Shown here piece after piece: positions 44,496 to 58,291 of a stretch of 64,000 bases of DNA. The first letter of the stretch is position 1. Each line of letters begins with the position of its first letter. The notes beneath the pieces are model-generated. The model saw only the letters and a list, made by a program, of their open reading frames with translations, was not told where the DNA came from and made no database searches. Origin of the DNA: an uncultured Thermus sp. (GTDB taxonomy: Bacteria > Deinococcota > Deinococci > Deinococcales > Thermaceae); the NCBI GenBank assembly GCA_947085095.1, contig CAMTVD010000013.1, forward strand, positions 61,360-125,359. Direction: 5' to 3'. The translations under genes were made by a program, and so were the position numbers.

Positions 44496-45827
44496 TTAGC
44501 AGGGCTTCTCCGCTCCCTTGCGGGCGTAGTAGTACCAGTTCAGGAAGAGGTTGAAGGCGTAGAAAACCATGAGGCCGTAGAAGAAGGCCGTGAAGTCCCC
44601 GGTGGCCCGCTGGGTGTAGGCGGCCAGGGTGGAGAAGATAAAGGGGCCATAGGCACCCACGGCCGCCGTCCAGCCGATGACGCCTCCCGCCTGGCGGGGC
44701 GGGAAGATCATGGGCATCTGCTTGAAGGTGCTGGCATTCCCTACCCCGCTGAAGAAAAAGATCAGGAGCATGGACAGGAGAAAGAAGGGGAACTGCTCCA
44801 GAGAAGTGGGGCGGGTGAAAAGGGTGACGAGGAGGGCGGAAAGGAAGATGCCAATGGCGGCAACCTGGGTCATGAGGGCTCCGCCAAAGCGGTCGGTCAA
44901 GGGCCCTGCGATGATCCGGGACACGGAGCCCACCAAGGGCCCTAAGAAGGCGTACCTCAGGGGGTCCGGGGCCCCTTCAAACTGACCGTAGACCTCGCGG
45001 ATGAGGAGGGGGAAGATGGCGGAGAAGCCAGAGAAGGAGCCGAAGGTCATGATGTAGAGGCTGGTCATGACCCAGGTGTGCTTGTCCCGGAAGATGTCAA
45101 ACTGCTCGCGGAAGTTGGCCCGGATGGGCACGCTCCGCAGGTGGACCCAGGCCAAAAGGGCCGCCACCAGCACAAAGGGCACCCAGATGAAGGTGGCGTT
45201 TTGCAGCCAGATGGGCTGCTCCGCCCCCGGCCTCGGGGTGAAGGTCTGCGGGCCCCCTAAGAGGGAGCCAAAGAGGGCGAAGCCGATGATCCAGGGGGTG
45301 ACGAACTGGACCACGGAGACCCCGAAGTTGCCGATCCCCGCCTGGAGGGCCAGGGCGGTGCCCTGGAGCCGCTTGGGGAAGAAGTAGCTGGTGGAGGGCA
45401 TGAAGCCCGAGAAGTTCCCCCCGCCGATCCCCGCCAGGAAGGCCAGGAGGAGGAGGACCCAGTAGGGGGTGGCCGTGTTTTGCACGGCGAAGCCCCAACC
45501 CAGGAGGGGGATGAGGAGGAGGAGGGTGGAGAAGGCCACCAGCCGCCTCGTGCCCAGGATCGGGGGCAGGAAGGTCCAGACGATGCGCAGGGTCCCCCCG
45601 GCCAGGCCCGGCATGGCGGTGAGCCAGAAGAGCTGGGTGGTGGTAAGCTCAAACCCCACCTTGGGCAGGCGCACCACCAGGGCGCTCACCACAAACCAGG
45701 TTATGAAGGCCAGGATGAGGTTAAAGGTGGTGATCCAGAGGGTGCGCCAGGCCAAGGCTCTATCCCAACGCTGGGGGTCTTCCGGATTCCATTCCTTGAG
45801 CCACTCGTTTCCGGCGATCCGCATCAT
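44496..45827 (-). CDS. narT: Nitrate/nitrite MFS transporter (NarK2-type)
   Basis: WNPED-x3-W, GIGGGNF, FFPK-x2-QG-x-ALA, GSFSGFS, G-x-GNASTFKQ. Confidence 0.9.
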   Translation of the reverse strand: MMRIAGNEWLKEWNPEDPQRWDRALAWRTLWITTFNLILAFITWFVVSALVVRLPKVGFELTTTQLFWLTAMPGLAGGTLRIVWTFLPPILGTRRLVAFSTLLLLIPLLGWGFAVQNTATPYWVLLLLAFLAGIGGGNFSGFMPSTSYFFPKRLQGTALALQAGIGNFGVSVVQFVTPWIIGFALFGSLLGGPQTFTPRPGAEQPIWLQNATFIWVPFVLVAALLAWVHLRSVPIRANFREQFDIFRDKHTWVMTSLYIMTFGSFSGFSAIFPLLIREVYGQFEGAPDPLRYAFLGPLVGSVSRIIAGPLTDRFGGALMTQVAAIGIFLSALLVTLFTRPTSLEQFPFFLLSMLLIFFFSGVGNASTFKQMPMIFPPRQAGGVIGWTAAVGAYGPFIFSTLAAYTQRATGDFTAFFYGLMVFYAFNLFLNWYYYARKGAEKPC

Positions 45828-47149
45828 GAGCGGCCTCCCTTGAGTTCAAAGTCATCCTTGAGGTGCCGGGCCTCCTGCTGCAGGAGCTGGACCACGGTGA
45901 GGTGCATCCACACGAAGGCGATGGCGGTCAAGACGAAAAGGACGAAGAAGGTCATCTGAGGGAGGCCTGTCCAGGCCTGGGTGTAGGCGAAGAGGGGCGG
46001 GAGGAAGAAGCCGCCCAAGGCCCCCAGCATCCCCACCAGTCCTCCCACCGCCCCCACGTCCTTAGGGAAGTAGGTGGGGATGTGCTTGTAGACGGCGGCT
46101 TTGCCGATGCCCTGGCCAACCCCGATGAGGAAGACCAGGGCTGTGAAGAGCCAGACGTTCATGGTGAACTGCATGACCTCCCTGGTCTCCCCCTTGGTGT
46201 AGAGGACGATGTGTCCTTCGGGCATCATGAGGACCGCAGCGGGTAGGCCGATGAGGGCGAAGGTCCAGTACATGACCCTTCGCGCCCCGAAGCGGTCGGA
46301 GAGGTACCCCCCCAAAGGCCTCAGGAGGCTTGCCGGGAAGATGAAGAGGGCGGTGAGCAGGGCGGCCTCGTGCAGGGGTAGGCCGAAGACGTCCACGTAG
46401 TACTTGGGGAGCCAGGCGGAGAGGGCCACGTAGGCTCCGAAGACCACCACGTAGTAGAGGCTGAAGCGCCAGACCCGGACGTGCCGCAGGGGCCTCAGCA
46501 TATCCAGGAAGGGCCGGCCCTGGCCAGGGCGCTTGTCCTGGGGGGCGCCAAACCACATGACAAGGCCCATGAGGACGAGGAGCACCGCATACAGGAAGGG
46601 GATGAAGCGCCAGCCGCCAGGGATGAGGCCCCCCAGGTAGCCCGCGGCGGGGACGCTGGCGATGAGGGCGGGTCCGATGAACTTGGTGACGCTGGCCCCC
46701 ACGTTCCCCGCGCCGAAGAGGCCTAGGGCGAAGCCCTGCTGGTCCTTGGGGAACCAGGCGGAGTTCCAAGCGATGCCCACGCTGAAGCTGTTGCCGGCGA
46801 AGCCCACCAGGAAGGCGTAGAGGAGAAGCTCCTCGTAGCTTCCGGCCCGGGAGACCAGGTAGGCGGGGATGGCGGTGAAGAAGAGCATCAGGGTGAAGAC
46901 CCGCTTTCCCCCATAGCGGTCGGCGAGGATGCCGGTGACTAGGCGCCACAAAGAGCCGTTCAGGATGGCCGCCGCCGAAAGCCAAGAGAGCTGCACGTCC
47001 GTGAGGCCGAACTCCTTGCGGATGGGCACCCCCAGGACCCCGAACATCAGCCAGGTGGCGAACATGAAGGTGAAGCCGATGGTGGAGAGCCAGAGAACCC
47101 GCAGGCGTTCAGGCCTTTCCGCATCCAGCTGTTTGGGATCGTTCACCAT
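45824..47149 (-). CDS. narK: Nitrate/proton symporter (NarK1-type)
   Basis: GFAGNSF-x-VG, WFP-x3-QG-x-ALG-x-FGAGNVG, YYVVVFGAYVAL, GIGKAAVYK. Confidence 0.9.
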   Translation of the reverse strand: MVNDPKQLDAERPERLRVLWLSTIGFTFMFATWLMFGVLGVPIRKEFGLTDVQLSWLSAAAILNGSLWRLVTGILADRYGGKRVFTLMLFFTAIPAYLVSRAGSYEELLLYAFLVGFAGNSFSVGIAWNSAWFPKDQQGFALGLFGAGNVGASVTKFIGPALIASVPAAGYLGGLIPGGWRFIPFLYAVLLVLMGLVMWFGAPQDKRPGQGRPFLDMLRPLRHVRVWRFSLYYVVVFGAYVALSAWLPKYYVDVFGLPLHEAALLTALFIFPASLLRPLGGYLSDRFGARRVMYWTFALIGLPAAVLMMPEGHIVLYTKGETREVMQFTMNVWLFTALVFLIGVGQGIGKAAVYKHIPTYFPKDVGAVGGLVGMLGALGGFFLPPLFAYTQAWTGLPQMTFFVLFVLTAIAFVWMHLTVVQLLQQEARHLKDDFELKGGRS

Positions 47150-47152
47150 GGT

Positions 47153-47830
47153 TCACCTCGCCAGCTTACGCACCCAGACCACGATCTGCCAGGGCCGGAG
47201 TACGTAGCCCAAGGGCACGGTGATGATGTGGACCAGGCGGCTGAAGGGGAAGACGGCCAAAAGGAGCCAGAAGTTGAAGACGTGGAGCTGGATCCAGAAG
47301 GGCAATCCCAGGAGGAGTTCCGGCCTGGGCTGGAGGGTGAAGACCGACCAGAGATAGGGGGTCATGACCGCGGGGAACCAGAAGCTCCCGTAGCGGTAGA
47401 GCAGGGCAGTGAGAAGCCCCGACAGGATGGAGACGAGGAGGAGCACCAGGACCAGGTAGTCCATGGGGGTGGAGGCCGCTCTGACCCGGGCTGCGGAGAT
47501 GCGCCGGGCCAGGAGGAGGTAGGTGCCGAAAAGGGCCCAGATCCCCAAGGCCAGCCCGGTGATCTCCAGGAGGTAGAGCCGCACGGGCACGGCGTTCCAG
47601 AGGAGAAGGCCCTTGGGGAGGAGGAGGGCCACCAGGTGGCCCAGGAGGACGAGGACCAGCCCCCAGTGCATGGCCACGGAGCCAAAGAAGAGGTGCCTTT
47701 GCTCCAGGAGCTGGCTGGACTGGGCCGAGACCGAGAAGGGCCTATAGACCATCCGGTAGGCGGTGACCGCCACCGCCAGGGTGAGGGCGATGTAGGGGAA
47801 GACACCGAAGAGCAGGGTGTTCCAGTTCAT
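47153..47830 (-). CDS. narI: Respiratory nitrate reductase gamma subunit (cytochrome b)
   Basis: FPY, SSQLLE, HWG-x6-GH, LH, FPFSRLVH. Confidence 0.95.
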   Translation of the reverse strand: MNWNTLLFGVFPYIALTLAVAVTAYRMVYRPFSVSAQSSQLLEQRHLFFGSVAMHWGLVLVLLGHLVALLLPKGLLLWNAVPVRLYLLEITGLALGIWALFGTYLLLARRISAARVRAASTPMDYLVLVLLLVSILSGLLTALLYRYGSFWFPAVMTPYLWSVFTLQPRPELLLGLPFWIQLHVFNFWLLLAVFPFSRLVHIITVPLGYVLRPWQIVVWVRKLAR

Positions 47831-47833
47831 CCT

Positions 47834-48337
47834 TCACCTCCTGACAAGCCCCCCCACCGCCTCCGAGGTGGCCTCGAGGAGGAGGAGGTAGGGGCTCTTA
47901 GCATCCAGGGTCTTCAGGGTCTTGTGCATGGCGGAGAGGGCTTGGGGCAGGATCTCCACAAGCTCAGGGAGAGGGTTCTGGGCCCGGGCCAGATAGCGGA
48001 GGACGTTGGCCAGATGGTCGGGGAGCTCGCTTCCCGGGTCCACCCCCTCCTCCCGGAAGGCCCGGGCAAGGGCGGCCAGAAACTCGCCCCTCTGGTAGCT
48101 TTCCCCGTAGACGGCGAAGCCCACGTAAGGAGCGGTGGTGGGAGTGAGGTCCAGGGTGCGGGTGTAGAGCTCCTCCCACTCCGCCAGGGAGAGGTCCTCC
48201 ACCTGGCGCAGGAAGCGCTCCAGCTTCTGCTTGGGCCCGCCCCGGGGGCACTCGATCCAGAGGCGCCAAAGGGTTTCCAGGCGTCCCGGAAGGGGGTAGT
48301 CCAGGGCCAGGGCCAGGGCTTCCAAGAGCTTGTCCAT
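47834..48337 (-). CDS. narJ: Nitrate reductase molybdenum cofactor assembly chaperone
   Basis: LDYP, YTRTLD, YGES-x2-RG, ELPDHL. Confidence 0.93.
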   Translation of the reverse strand: MDKLLEALALALDYPLPGRLETLWRLWIECPRGGPKQKLERFLRQVEDLSLAEWEELYTRTLDLTPTTAPYVGFAVYGESYQRGEFLAALARAFREEGVDPGSELPDHLANVLRYLARAQNPLPELVEILPQALSAMHKTLKTLDAKSPYLLLLEATSEAVGGLVRR

Positions 48338-48346
48338 ACTCACCTC

Positions 48347-49882
48347 CTACTCCCCCCTGTGGGCTGGCTGGATGTAGCCGAAGCCCACCTCGCCCTTGTG
48401 GGCCAGGGGGTCGTTCCACACCTCGGCGGCCATCTCCCGGTGGTAGGGGGGCAGGACGAAGCGCTCCTCCACCGTGGGCAGCGTGGTGAGGCGGTAGATG
48501 GCTTCGGCTTCTTCCACGGTAAGACCCGCCTCCTTGAGGACCTTCAAGGCCCTCTCCGTCACCCGCCCCTCGAGGCTCTCCTGCCGCTTCAGGATCCGCA
48601 CCGCCAGCATCTTTTTGAGGACGGGAATGATGAGGCCCTCGTTGCCGGCGGCAAAGAGGTTGGCCAGGTAGCGGATGGGCATCCGGGCCTTCTCCAGGTC
48701 GGCGAAGACCTCAAAGTCCAGGTCGGTCTCGGGCAGGTCCAGCCGGACCAAACCCCCATCGGAACGGGGGGACCTCAGGGCCTTCTCCAGGGTGGCCACC
48801 ACCGGGGAGAGGGGCGGGACGTAGAACATCATGGCCAGGGTGCGGTACTCGGGGTGGAGGGGGAGGGCCAGGCGCCAGACCTTGACGAACTTGTAGATGG
48901 GAGAGTTCTGGGCGGCCTGGATCCAGCCCTCGTCCAGCCCCTCGGCCTGGGCGGCGGCGATGACCTCGGGGTCAAAGGGGTCCAGGATGGCTTGCAGCTG
49001 GGACTCCACCAGGCGCTCGTCCGGCACCATGGCCGCCTCGGGGATGCGGTCGGCATCGTAGAGGAGGACCCCCATGTAACGGATCCGGCCCACGCAGGAG
49101 TGGGCGCAGGCCGGGGCCTGGCCGGTCTCCAGGCGGGGGAAGCAGAGGATGCACTTTTCGCTCTTGCCCGTGGCCCAGTTGTAGTAGACCTTCTTGTAGG
49201 GGCAGGCAGCCACGCACATCCGCCAGGCCTTGCACTTGTTCTCGTTGACCAGGACCACCCCGTCCTCGGCCCGCTTGTAAAGGGCCCCAGAGGGGCAGGC
49301 GGCCACGCAGGAGGGGTTGAGGCAGTGGTTGCAGATCCGGGGCAGGTACTGGAAGACCACCCCCAGGGTTTCCTCCAGCTGGGCCCTGATCTCCGGGTCA
49401 AGTCCCTGCAGGTTGGGGTCGTTCCTGGCGTAGAGGGGGCTTCCCGAGAGGTCGTCGTCCCAGCTGGGCCCGGCCTCTGGGGTCATGGGCTCCCCGGTGA
49501 TCATGGAAACGGGGACGGCCGTGGGCTGGTCCTCCCCCTCCGGGGCGGTGAAGAGGTCGCTGTAGCGGAAGGTGAAGGGCTCGTAGTAGTCGTCCAGGGA
49601 GGGGAGGGCGGGGTTGAAGAAGAGGCGCAAAAGGCCCTGGGTGCGGGAGTGGAGGCGGAGGTCCAGGTGGCCGTCCCGGTACGCCCAGCCGCCCTGGAAG
49701 CGGGTCTGGTCCTCCCAGCCCGTGGGGTAGCCCGCCCCGGGCCGGGTCTCCACGTTGTTCCACCACATGTACTCCGCGCCCTTGCGGTCGGTCCAGAGGT
49801 TCTTGCAGGCGATGGAGCAGGTGTGGCAGCCGATGCACTTGTCCAGGTGGAAGAGCATGGACATGTGGGCTCTAACCTTCAT
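48347..49882 (-). CDS. narH: Respiratory nitrate reductase beta subunit
   Basis: LDKCIGCHTCSIACKN, YLPRICNHCLNPSCVAACPSG, CKAWRMCVAACPYKK, KCILCFPR, PLHPEYRT. Confidence 0.97.
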   Translation of the reverse strand: MKVRAHMSMLFHLDKCIGCHTCSIACKNLWTDRKGAEYMWWNNVETRPGAGYPTGWEDQTRFQGGWAYRDGHLDLRLHSRTQGLLRLFFNPALPSLDDYYEPFTFRYSDLFTAPEGEDQPTAVPVSMITGEPMTPEAGPSWDDDLSGSPLYARNDPNLQGLDPEIRAQLEETLGVVFQYLPRICNHCLNPSCVAACPSGALYKRAEDGVVLVNENKCKAWRMCVAACPYKKVYYNWATGKSEKCILCFPRLETGQAPACAHSCVGRIRYMGVLLYDADRIPEAAMVPDERLVESQLQAILDPFDPEVIAAAQAEGLDEGWIQAAQNSPIYKFVKVWRLALPLHPEYRTLAMMFYVPPLSPVVATLEKALRSPRSDGGLVRLDLPETDLDFEVFADLEKARMPIRYLANLFAAGNEGLIIPVLKKMLAVRILKRQESLEGRVTERALKVLKEAGLTVEEAEAIYRLTTLPTVEERFVLPPYHREMAAEVWNDPLAHKGEVGFGYIQPAHRGE

Positions 49883-49893
49883 GGGTTACCTCC

Positions 49894-53484
<3,591 letters not shown>

Positions 53485-53486
53485 GC

Positions 53487-54281
53487 CTACCTCCTAAGCT
53501 GGGTGCGTATCCGTTCCGCCAGGCTCTTGGGCCGCATCTGCCAGAGGATGAGCTGGTAAAAGAGAAGGAGGGCAAAGAGTACCAGCCCCGCCACCAGGAA
53601 GCGGCCCAGGTACAGGGAAGGGGGCCGCGGCGCCTCCTTTGAAACCTGCACCAGGAAGGCAGCCAGGGCCGCGGCCTCGGCCTCGGTGAGGGGTTTGTCC
53701 TTGTAAGCCTCCCGCATCACGGGCCAGGCGGTGGGGTTTTTGAGGATGGCGCTGAGCCCCCCCTCGCCCCCCAGCCGCTTGGCGGCCTCCGTCAGGTCCT
53801 TGCCCAGGGACCCTCCGCCCAGGAAGCCCACCCCGGCCACGGTGTGGCAGGCCTGGCAGGGAGCCCCCCCGTTCTGCAGGGGCTTCTGGCCCAGATAGAG
53901 GGCCCGGCCTAAGGCGGGGTCCCCTTGCGTCCGGGGCGTTGCTGGGGCCTCCTGGCCGCTTCCAGACAGGCCCTTCAGGTAGGCGGCGATGGCCCTGGCC
54001 TCGGCCTCCGAGACCTGGGGCATCGGGGGCATGACGCCCGTGTAGGTGACCCCCCCCACCTCCAAGGGCCCGGAAATCCCTTCCCGGGTTACCCTGATCA
54101 CGTAAGCCTCGTCCTGGATCCGAGGGTTCCCGACCAGGGGGGGGATAGCCCCGGGGATGCCCTGGCCCTCTGGCCCGTGGCAGGCGGCGCAGTACTGCCC
54201 GTAAAGGACCTTCCCCTCCTGGGCGACGCCTGGGCCCAGGAAGAGGGCCAGGGCTAGAGGTATGAGCTTTGCTCCCTTCAT
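53487..54281 (-). CDS. narC: Membrane-anchored di-heme cytochrome c subunit of Thermus Nar
   Basis: Signal peptide, CAACH and CQACH, C-terminal TM; first gene of nar operon. Confidence 0.93.
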   Translation of the reverse strand: MKGAKLIPLALALFLGPGVAQEGKVLYGQYCAACHGPEGQGIPGAIPPLVGNPRIQDEAYVIRVTREGISGPLEVGGVTYTGVMPPMPQVSEAEARAIAAYLKGLSGSGQEAPATPRTQGDPALGRALYLGQKPLQNGGAPCQACHTVAGVGFLGGGSLGKDLTEAAKRLGGEGGLSAILKNPTAWPVMREAYKDKPLTEAEAAALAAFLVQVSKEAPRPPSLYLGRFLVAGLVLFALLLFYQLILWQMRPKSLAERIRTQLRR

Positions 54282-54334
54282 CCTCACCTCCGCCTCTGAG
54301 TTTGGGGGACATCCCTAGCGGACACTGGCGGCCC

Positions 54335-54352
54335 TTGGGACATCTGTCCTAA
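54335..54352. promoter_or_regulatory. TTGGGAC-N4-GTCCTAA palindrome in the divergent narC/dnrS promoter
   Basis: TTGGGACATCTGTCCTAA; core ends 13 nt before TAGGCT (54364-54369) upstream of dnrS. Confidence 0.6.
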
Positions 54353-54376
54353 CAGATGCCCCCTAGGCTGGAGGCA

Positions 54377-56179
54377 ATGGAACCTTTGGCCCGGATCCGC
54401 CTGGGGGAGAACGGCATGGTGCGGGAGGTCAGGTCCCACTCCTCCTTGGGGTTGGAAGGGACAGACCTCCCCTGCGCCCAGCTGGTCCAGGGCCAGGACC
54501 CCTTTGGCCGCCCCCTGTGCGCCCGGTGCCCGGTCCAGCGGGAGCTCAGGCGCGGGGCCTACCGGGCCAGCACCATCCTTCTCCTCAAGGGCCGCCGTCT
54601 CCGCTGCCAGGGGTACCGGGAGGACGGCGGGTATCTGGTGGAGCTACTTCCCGAGAGGGCCGAATCCCCGGACCTCCTCCTGGAACTTTCCCGCCTGACC
54701 CAACACCTCCTCCGCCACCCCGAAGGCCTCGCTCAAGGGCTTCAGGACTTCTTGAGAGCCCTAAGGGAGGCCCTGGACATGGAAGCGGCGGAGCTCTTCC
54801 TCGCTGACCCCGAGGGACACCACCTGATCCTCACCGCCTACGAGGGCCTTCACCGCGAGGCCTTTTTGGAGAGGCCCTGGTTTCACCTGGGGGAAGGGTA
54901 CCCCGGCATCGTGGCCCTCAAGCGGGAGCCCCTATTCACCCACACCCTTCAGGAGGATCCCCGTTACCTGCGGCAGAAGGTCAAGCAACTGGGGTACCAG
55001 ACCTATGTCTGCTTCCCCTTGGAGCTTCCCCATGGCCTGATCGGGGTCCTCAACCTGGCCTCCCGGGACCCTGGGGTGGACCATGAGGGCATCCTTCAGG
55101 CCCTTGGCCTCATCGCCCCGCTGTTCGCCAGCACGCTCTTCACCCTGCTTACCCGGCTGGGGGAGAGGGGCCTCGAGGCCGTAGGCCGCCATCTCCACCG
55201 GGGTGAGGTGTCCCAGGCCCTTCACACCCTCCTGAAGGAGGTCCGGGCCTTCACAGGAGCCACGGGCGTGCGCCTGGTGGAGCGGGGAGGGCGCACCCTG
55301 GAAGTGGGCTGGACGCCGCCTTGCGCCCTGAGGGACTGCCCCGCATGGCGGGGGGAGGTGGTGGGTTTCAAGAACGGCCTTCCCGACTGTCCTGAGGCGG
55401 AAGGGCGCCCTCGGACCTGCCTCCCCCTCTGGGCCCACGGCCAGGTGGTGGCGGTGGAGACCCTCTTCCACGCCCGCCCCCCCAAGCCTCCCACGGCCCC
55501 GGCAGCTCCCGCCCTTTGGCTGGAGCGCCTGGCCGCCCCCCTCCTCTTCCCTCATAGGGAGGAAAAGGAAGCCCCGGAGCTGGAGGTCTACGCCCTAGGG
55601 GAGTTCCGGGTGCGGTATGAGGGCAGGGAGCTTGGTCCCAGGGACTTTGGGCGGGCGGGGGCTTACCGGCTCCTTAAGCTCCTCCTGGTCCACAAGGACC
55701 GGGCCCTCTACGTGGACGACCTGGCGGAGACCTTCTTTCCCGAGGAGCCCCCAGACAAGGCCAGGCAGGAGGTCTACGCCCTGGTCTACCACCTGCGCAA
55801 AGCCCTGCCGGGGATCGTAGAGCGGGAAGGGGAGTACTACCGCCTACGCCTTCCCCAAAAGCGGTTCCTGGACTTTGAGCGCTTTGAGGAGCTCATGCGC
55901 CGAGCCGACCTGGAGGAAGGTCTTTCCGCCTTCAAGACCCTGCGCCAGGCCTTGGAGCTCTACAAGGGCCCCCTCTTTGGGGACGATCCCTATGGGGAGT
56001 GGGCCGAGGCGGAGCGGGCCTACTTCCAAGAGAGGGCGCTTTCCGGCCTCCTGCGCCTGGGGGAGCTGGCCGAGGCCTTGGGGTACAAGGAGGTGGCCAA
56101 GGAGGCTTACGCCCGGGCCTTAAGGCTGGAACCCCTTTTGGAGGAAGCCCGGGCACGGCTCGAGGGCCTTAAGGGGTAA
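54377..56179 (+). CDS. dnrS: Oxygen-responsive regulator DnrS (Cys-rich N-terminus, GAF, BTAD)
   Basis: C...C-x2-CP N-terminus, GAF (GEGYPG-x-VA, DPRY, LIGVLNLAS), SARP/BTAD (ALGEF, DFERF, LYKGPL); divergent from narC; ORF open from 54356. Confidence 0.88.
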   Translation: MEPLARIRLGENGMVREVRSHSSLGLEGTDLPCAQLVQGQDPFGRPLCARCPVQRELRRGAYRASTILLLKGRRLRCQGYREDGGYLVELLPERAESPDLLLELSRLTQHLLRHPEGLAQGLQDFLRALREALDMEAAELFLADPEGHHLILTAYEGLHREAFLERPWFHLGEGYPGIVALKREPLFTHTLQEDPRYLRQKVKQLGYQTYVCFPLELPHGLIGVLNLASRDPGVDHEGILQALGLIAPLFASTLFTLLTRLGERGLEAVGRHLHRGEVSQALHTLLKEVRAFTGATGVRLVERGGRTLEVGWTPPCALRDCPAWRGEVVGFKNGLPDCPEAEGRPRTCLPLWAHGQVVAVETLFHARPPKPPTAPAAPALWLERLAAPLLFPHREEKEAPELEVYALGEFRVRYEGRELGPRDFGRAGAYRLLKLLLVHKDRALYVDDLAETFFPEEPPDKARQEVYALVYHLRKALPGIVEREGEYYRLRLPQKRFLDFERFEELMRRADLEEGLSAFKTLRQALELYKGPLFGDDPYGEWAEAERAYFQERALSGLLRLGELAEALGYKEVAKEAYARALRLEPLLEEARARLEGLKG

Positions 56180-56181
56180 GC

Positions 56182-56835
56182 ATGGACCTGGCCCAGGTCC
56201 CCCTGTTCCACGAGCTTTCCCCGGAGGACCTCGAGGCCCTCCGCAGGGAAGCCAGGCCCTTGCGGCTGGGTAGGGGGGAGGTGCTTTTCCTCGAGGGGGA
56301 GCCTGTGCAGGCCCTTTACGTGGTCCAGCGGGGGCTCATCAAGGTCTACAAGCTGGACCCCGAGGGCAGGAAGCAGGTGATCCTCCACACGGAGGGACCG
56401 GGCCGGGTTCTTGCCGAGGTGGCCCTTTTCCTGGACCGGCCCACCTACCCCGCCAGCGCCGAGGCCCTGGAGGAAAGCGAGCTGCTGGCCATCCCCAAGG
56501 GGCGATTCTTCCAGCTGGTGGAGGCGAGGCCTCCTTTGGCCCGGGCTCTCCTCCGCTACCTGGCCCGGCGGCAGGGGCAGCTCCTCCACCTCCTGGACCG
56601 CCTGGTTTTCCACGAGGTGCGGGAGAGGCTGGCGGAGTTTCTCCTGGAGCGCCTCCAGGCCGAGGGCCAGGGGTTTCGCCTGCCCACCAACCCGGAGCTG
56701 GCCGCCCTCTTGGGTACCGTCCCCGAGGCCGTCTCCCGCAACCTGGGGGAGCTCTACCGCCGAGGGCTCATCCGCCTCGTTGGGCGGCGCGTTGAGGTCC
56801 CGAATCCGGAAGCCCTCAGGGCCCTGGTGCGTTAG
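56182..56835 (+). CDS. dnrT: Crp/Fnr-family transcriptional regulator DnrT
   Basis: cNMP-binding fold (LF-x-EGE, G-x-IKVYK, YPASAEALE) and HTH ELAALLGTVPEAVSR; follows dnrS. Confidence 0.9.
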   Translation: MDLAQVPLFHELSPEDLEALRREARPLRLGRGEVLFLEGEPVQALYVVQRGLIKVYKLDPEGRKQVILHTEGPGRVLAEVALFLDRPTYPASAEALEESELLAIPKGRFFQLVEARPPLARALLRYLARRQGQLLHLLDRLVFHEVRERLAEFLLERLQAEGQGFRLPTNPELAALLGTVPEAVSRNLGELYRRGLIRLVGRRVEVPNPEALRALVR

Positions 56836-57104
56836 GCCTGACCTTCCTGCAGGACGTGGACGTTGGGCAGAGTCCTGGCCCACTCCCGGTTCTTACCTAT
56901 ATAGGCCCTCCACTCCTCTGGGACGTCCTCCTCGGGAAAGATGGCGTTCACTGGACAAGCCGGAACGCAGGCTCCGCAGTCAATGCACTCGTCGGGGTGG
57001 ATATAAAGCTGCTCCCCGGCGTCGTAGATGCACTCCACCGGGCAGACCTCCTGGCAGGAGCGGTCCTTCACGCCGATGCAGGGCTCGCAGATCACGTGGG
57101 GCAT
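56832..57104 (-). CDS. 7Fe/dicluster ferredoxin
   Basis: CEPCIGVKDRSCQEVCPVECI and CIDCGACVPACPV. Confidence 0.92.
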   Translation of the reverse strand: MPHVICEPCIGVKDRSCQEVCPVECIYDAGEQLYIHPDECIDCGACVPACPVNAIFPEEDVPEEWRAYIGKNREWARTLPNVHVLQEGQA

Positions 57105-57150
57105 CCCTCACCTCCGCCTCCCAGGGTGGCGGCGGCGCGGTAGGCCGTCC

Positions 57151-57164
57151 ATGACCGGGGTCAA
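57151..57164 (-). promoter_or_regulatory. FNR/DNR-like box TTGACCCCGGTCAT upstream of ferredoxin
   Basis: 22 nt to -10 CACCCT (57123-57128); overlaps vapC stop codon. Confidence 0.7.
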
Positions 57165-57577
57165 GGGAAAAGGCGAAGGATCTCCAGCCCGGGAAAGCGT
57201 AGAAAGTCCTGGTCAAAGGTCACCAAGCGGTGGCCCCCAGCCAGGGCGAAGGCCGCCAGGTAGGCGTCCGTCCAGAGCCGGGGAGAAAGCCCTCCGCGGA
57301 CCAGGTCGGCCAGGGCCTCGTCCAGGCCCTCGGGCTCTTCCAAAAGAGGAACCCCCGAGCTCAACCGCAGCTCCCAATAAACCTTCCAGGCTTCCCTCAC
57401 CTCCAAGGGCTTGCCGTCCATGGCCTTGGCGTTCGTCAGGAGGCGGAGGAGGCCCAAGGCCGTGACCCGGACCAGGAAGGGATCGGAAGCCTCCTCCCAG
57501 TAAGCGCGGGCCCGGGGGTGGAAGGGGTGCTCGGGCACCAGGAGGGCGAACCAGACGTTAAGGTCCAGCAGGTCCAC
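57161..57577 (-). CDS. vapC: PIN-domain toxin VapC
   Basis: LLDLNVW, H-x-FH, LRLLT, WTDAYLAA, LVTFD-x-DF-x-RFPGL. Confidence 0.9.
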   Translation of the reverse strand: MDLLDLNVWFALLVPEHPFHPRARAYWEEASDPFLVRVTALGLLRLLTNAKAMDGKPLEVREAWKVYWELRLSSGVPLLEEPEGLDEALADLVRGGLSPRLWTDAYLAAFALAGGHRLVTFDQDFLRFPGLEILRLFP

Positions 57578-57800
57578 CTTCCTCCTCCAGAAGGGCCCAA
57601 AGCTCCTCGTGGGTACAAACGGGGATGCGCCGCCCGGCCTCGGGGACCCGCGGCAGGGACCGAGGCCCAGGAGACCCCCCCCGCCTCAGTCCCTCCTCCA
57701 GGTAGCGGATCACCAGCTCCCGGAGGGTCTTGCCCTCCCTGGCGGCCTGGAGCTTCAGCCGCCGGTACAGAGGGTCCGGCAGGTCCAGGGTGGTGCGCAT
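57558..57800 (-). CDS. vapB: RHH antitoxin VapB
   Basis: MRTTLDLPD-x-L-x3-LK-x2-AA-x-EG-x-TL; overlaps vapC; TAATAT -10 six nt before ATG (leaderless). Confidence 0.88.
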   Translation of the reverse strand: MRTTLDLPDPLYRRLKLQAAREGKTLRELVIRYLEEGLRRGGSPGPRSLPRVPEAGRRIPVCTHEELWALLEEEGGPAGP

Positions 57801-57895
57801 ACAGCCATATTAGCATCTCCTGAGTTGGGTTCCGCAAGGTGGGGAAGGTAAGGCTGCCCGTTGACGCCGGGGCGGCAAGCGGCCTAGGGTAAGGC

Positions 57896-58291
57896 GTGGT
57901 CCGCCTGCGCAAGCCCCTTCCTCCGTGCACCCTCAAGACCCCGGAAGGGGGCAAGGTCTACCTCCCGGACCTCAAGGGGAGGGCCCTCGTCCTCCTCAAG
58001 GACGAGGCCCTGGCCCGGGCTCTTTCGGCGAGGGCCGCAGAGCTCAAGGCCCTCGAGGCCCAGGCCTACCTCCTGGCCCAGGCCCCAAGGCCCAGCCTCC
58101 TCCCCCTCCTCCTGGACTTGGAAGGAGCCCTCCTCTCCGCCATCCCCGAGGAAGGCGCCCTGGTGGCCGATGCCTTTTTGGAGGTCTACCACCTGGGCCC
58201 CGTGAGCGGCGAGGAGGAGATCCTGGACTGGCTCCGCTTCGTGGAGGCCCAGTGCCCGGAGTGCGTTCTGCCTGAGAGGGAGTGGCTTTAG
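57896..58291 (+). CDS. Peroxiredoxin/thioredoxin-fold-like protein with C-terminal CPEC
   Basis: LPPCTLKTPEGGKVYL-x-DLKGR AhpC-like start, LLLD, VADAFLEV, QCPEC; promoter TTGACG-18-TAGGGT upstream. Confidence 0.6.
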   Translation: MVRLRKPLPPCTLKTPEGGKVYLPDLKGRALVLLKDEALARALSARAAELKALEAQAYLLAQAPRPSLLPLLLDLEGALLSAIPEEGALVADAFLEVYHLGPVSGEEEILDWLRFVEAQCPECVLPEREWL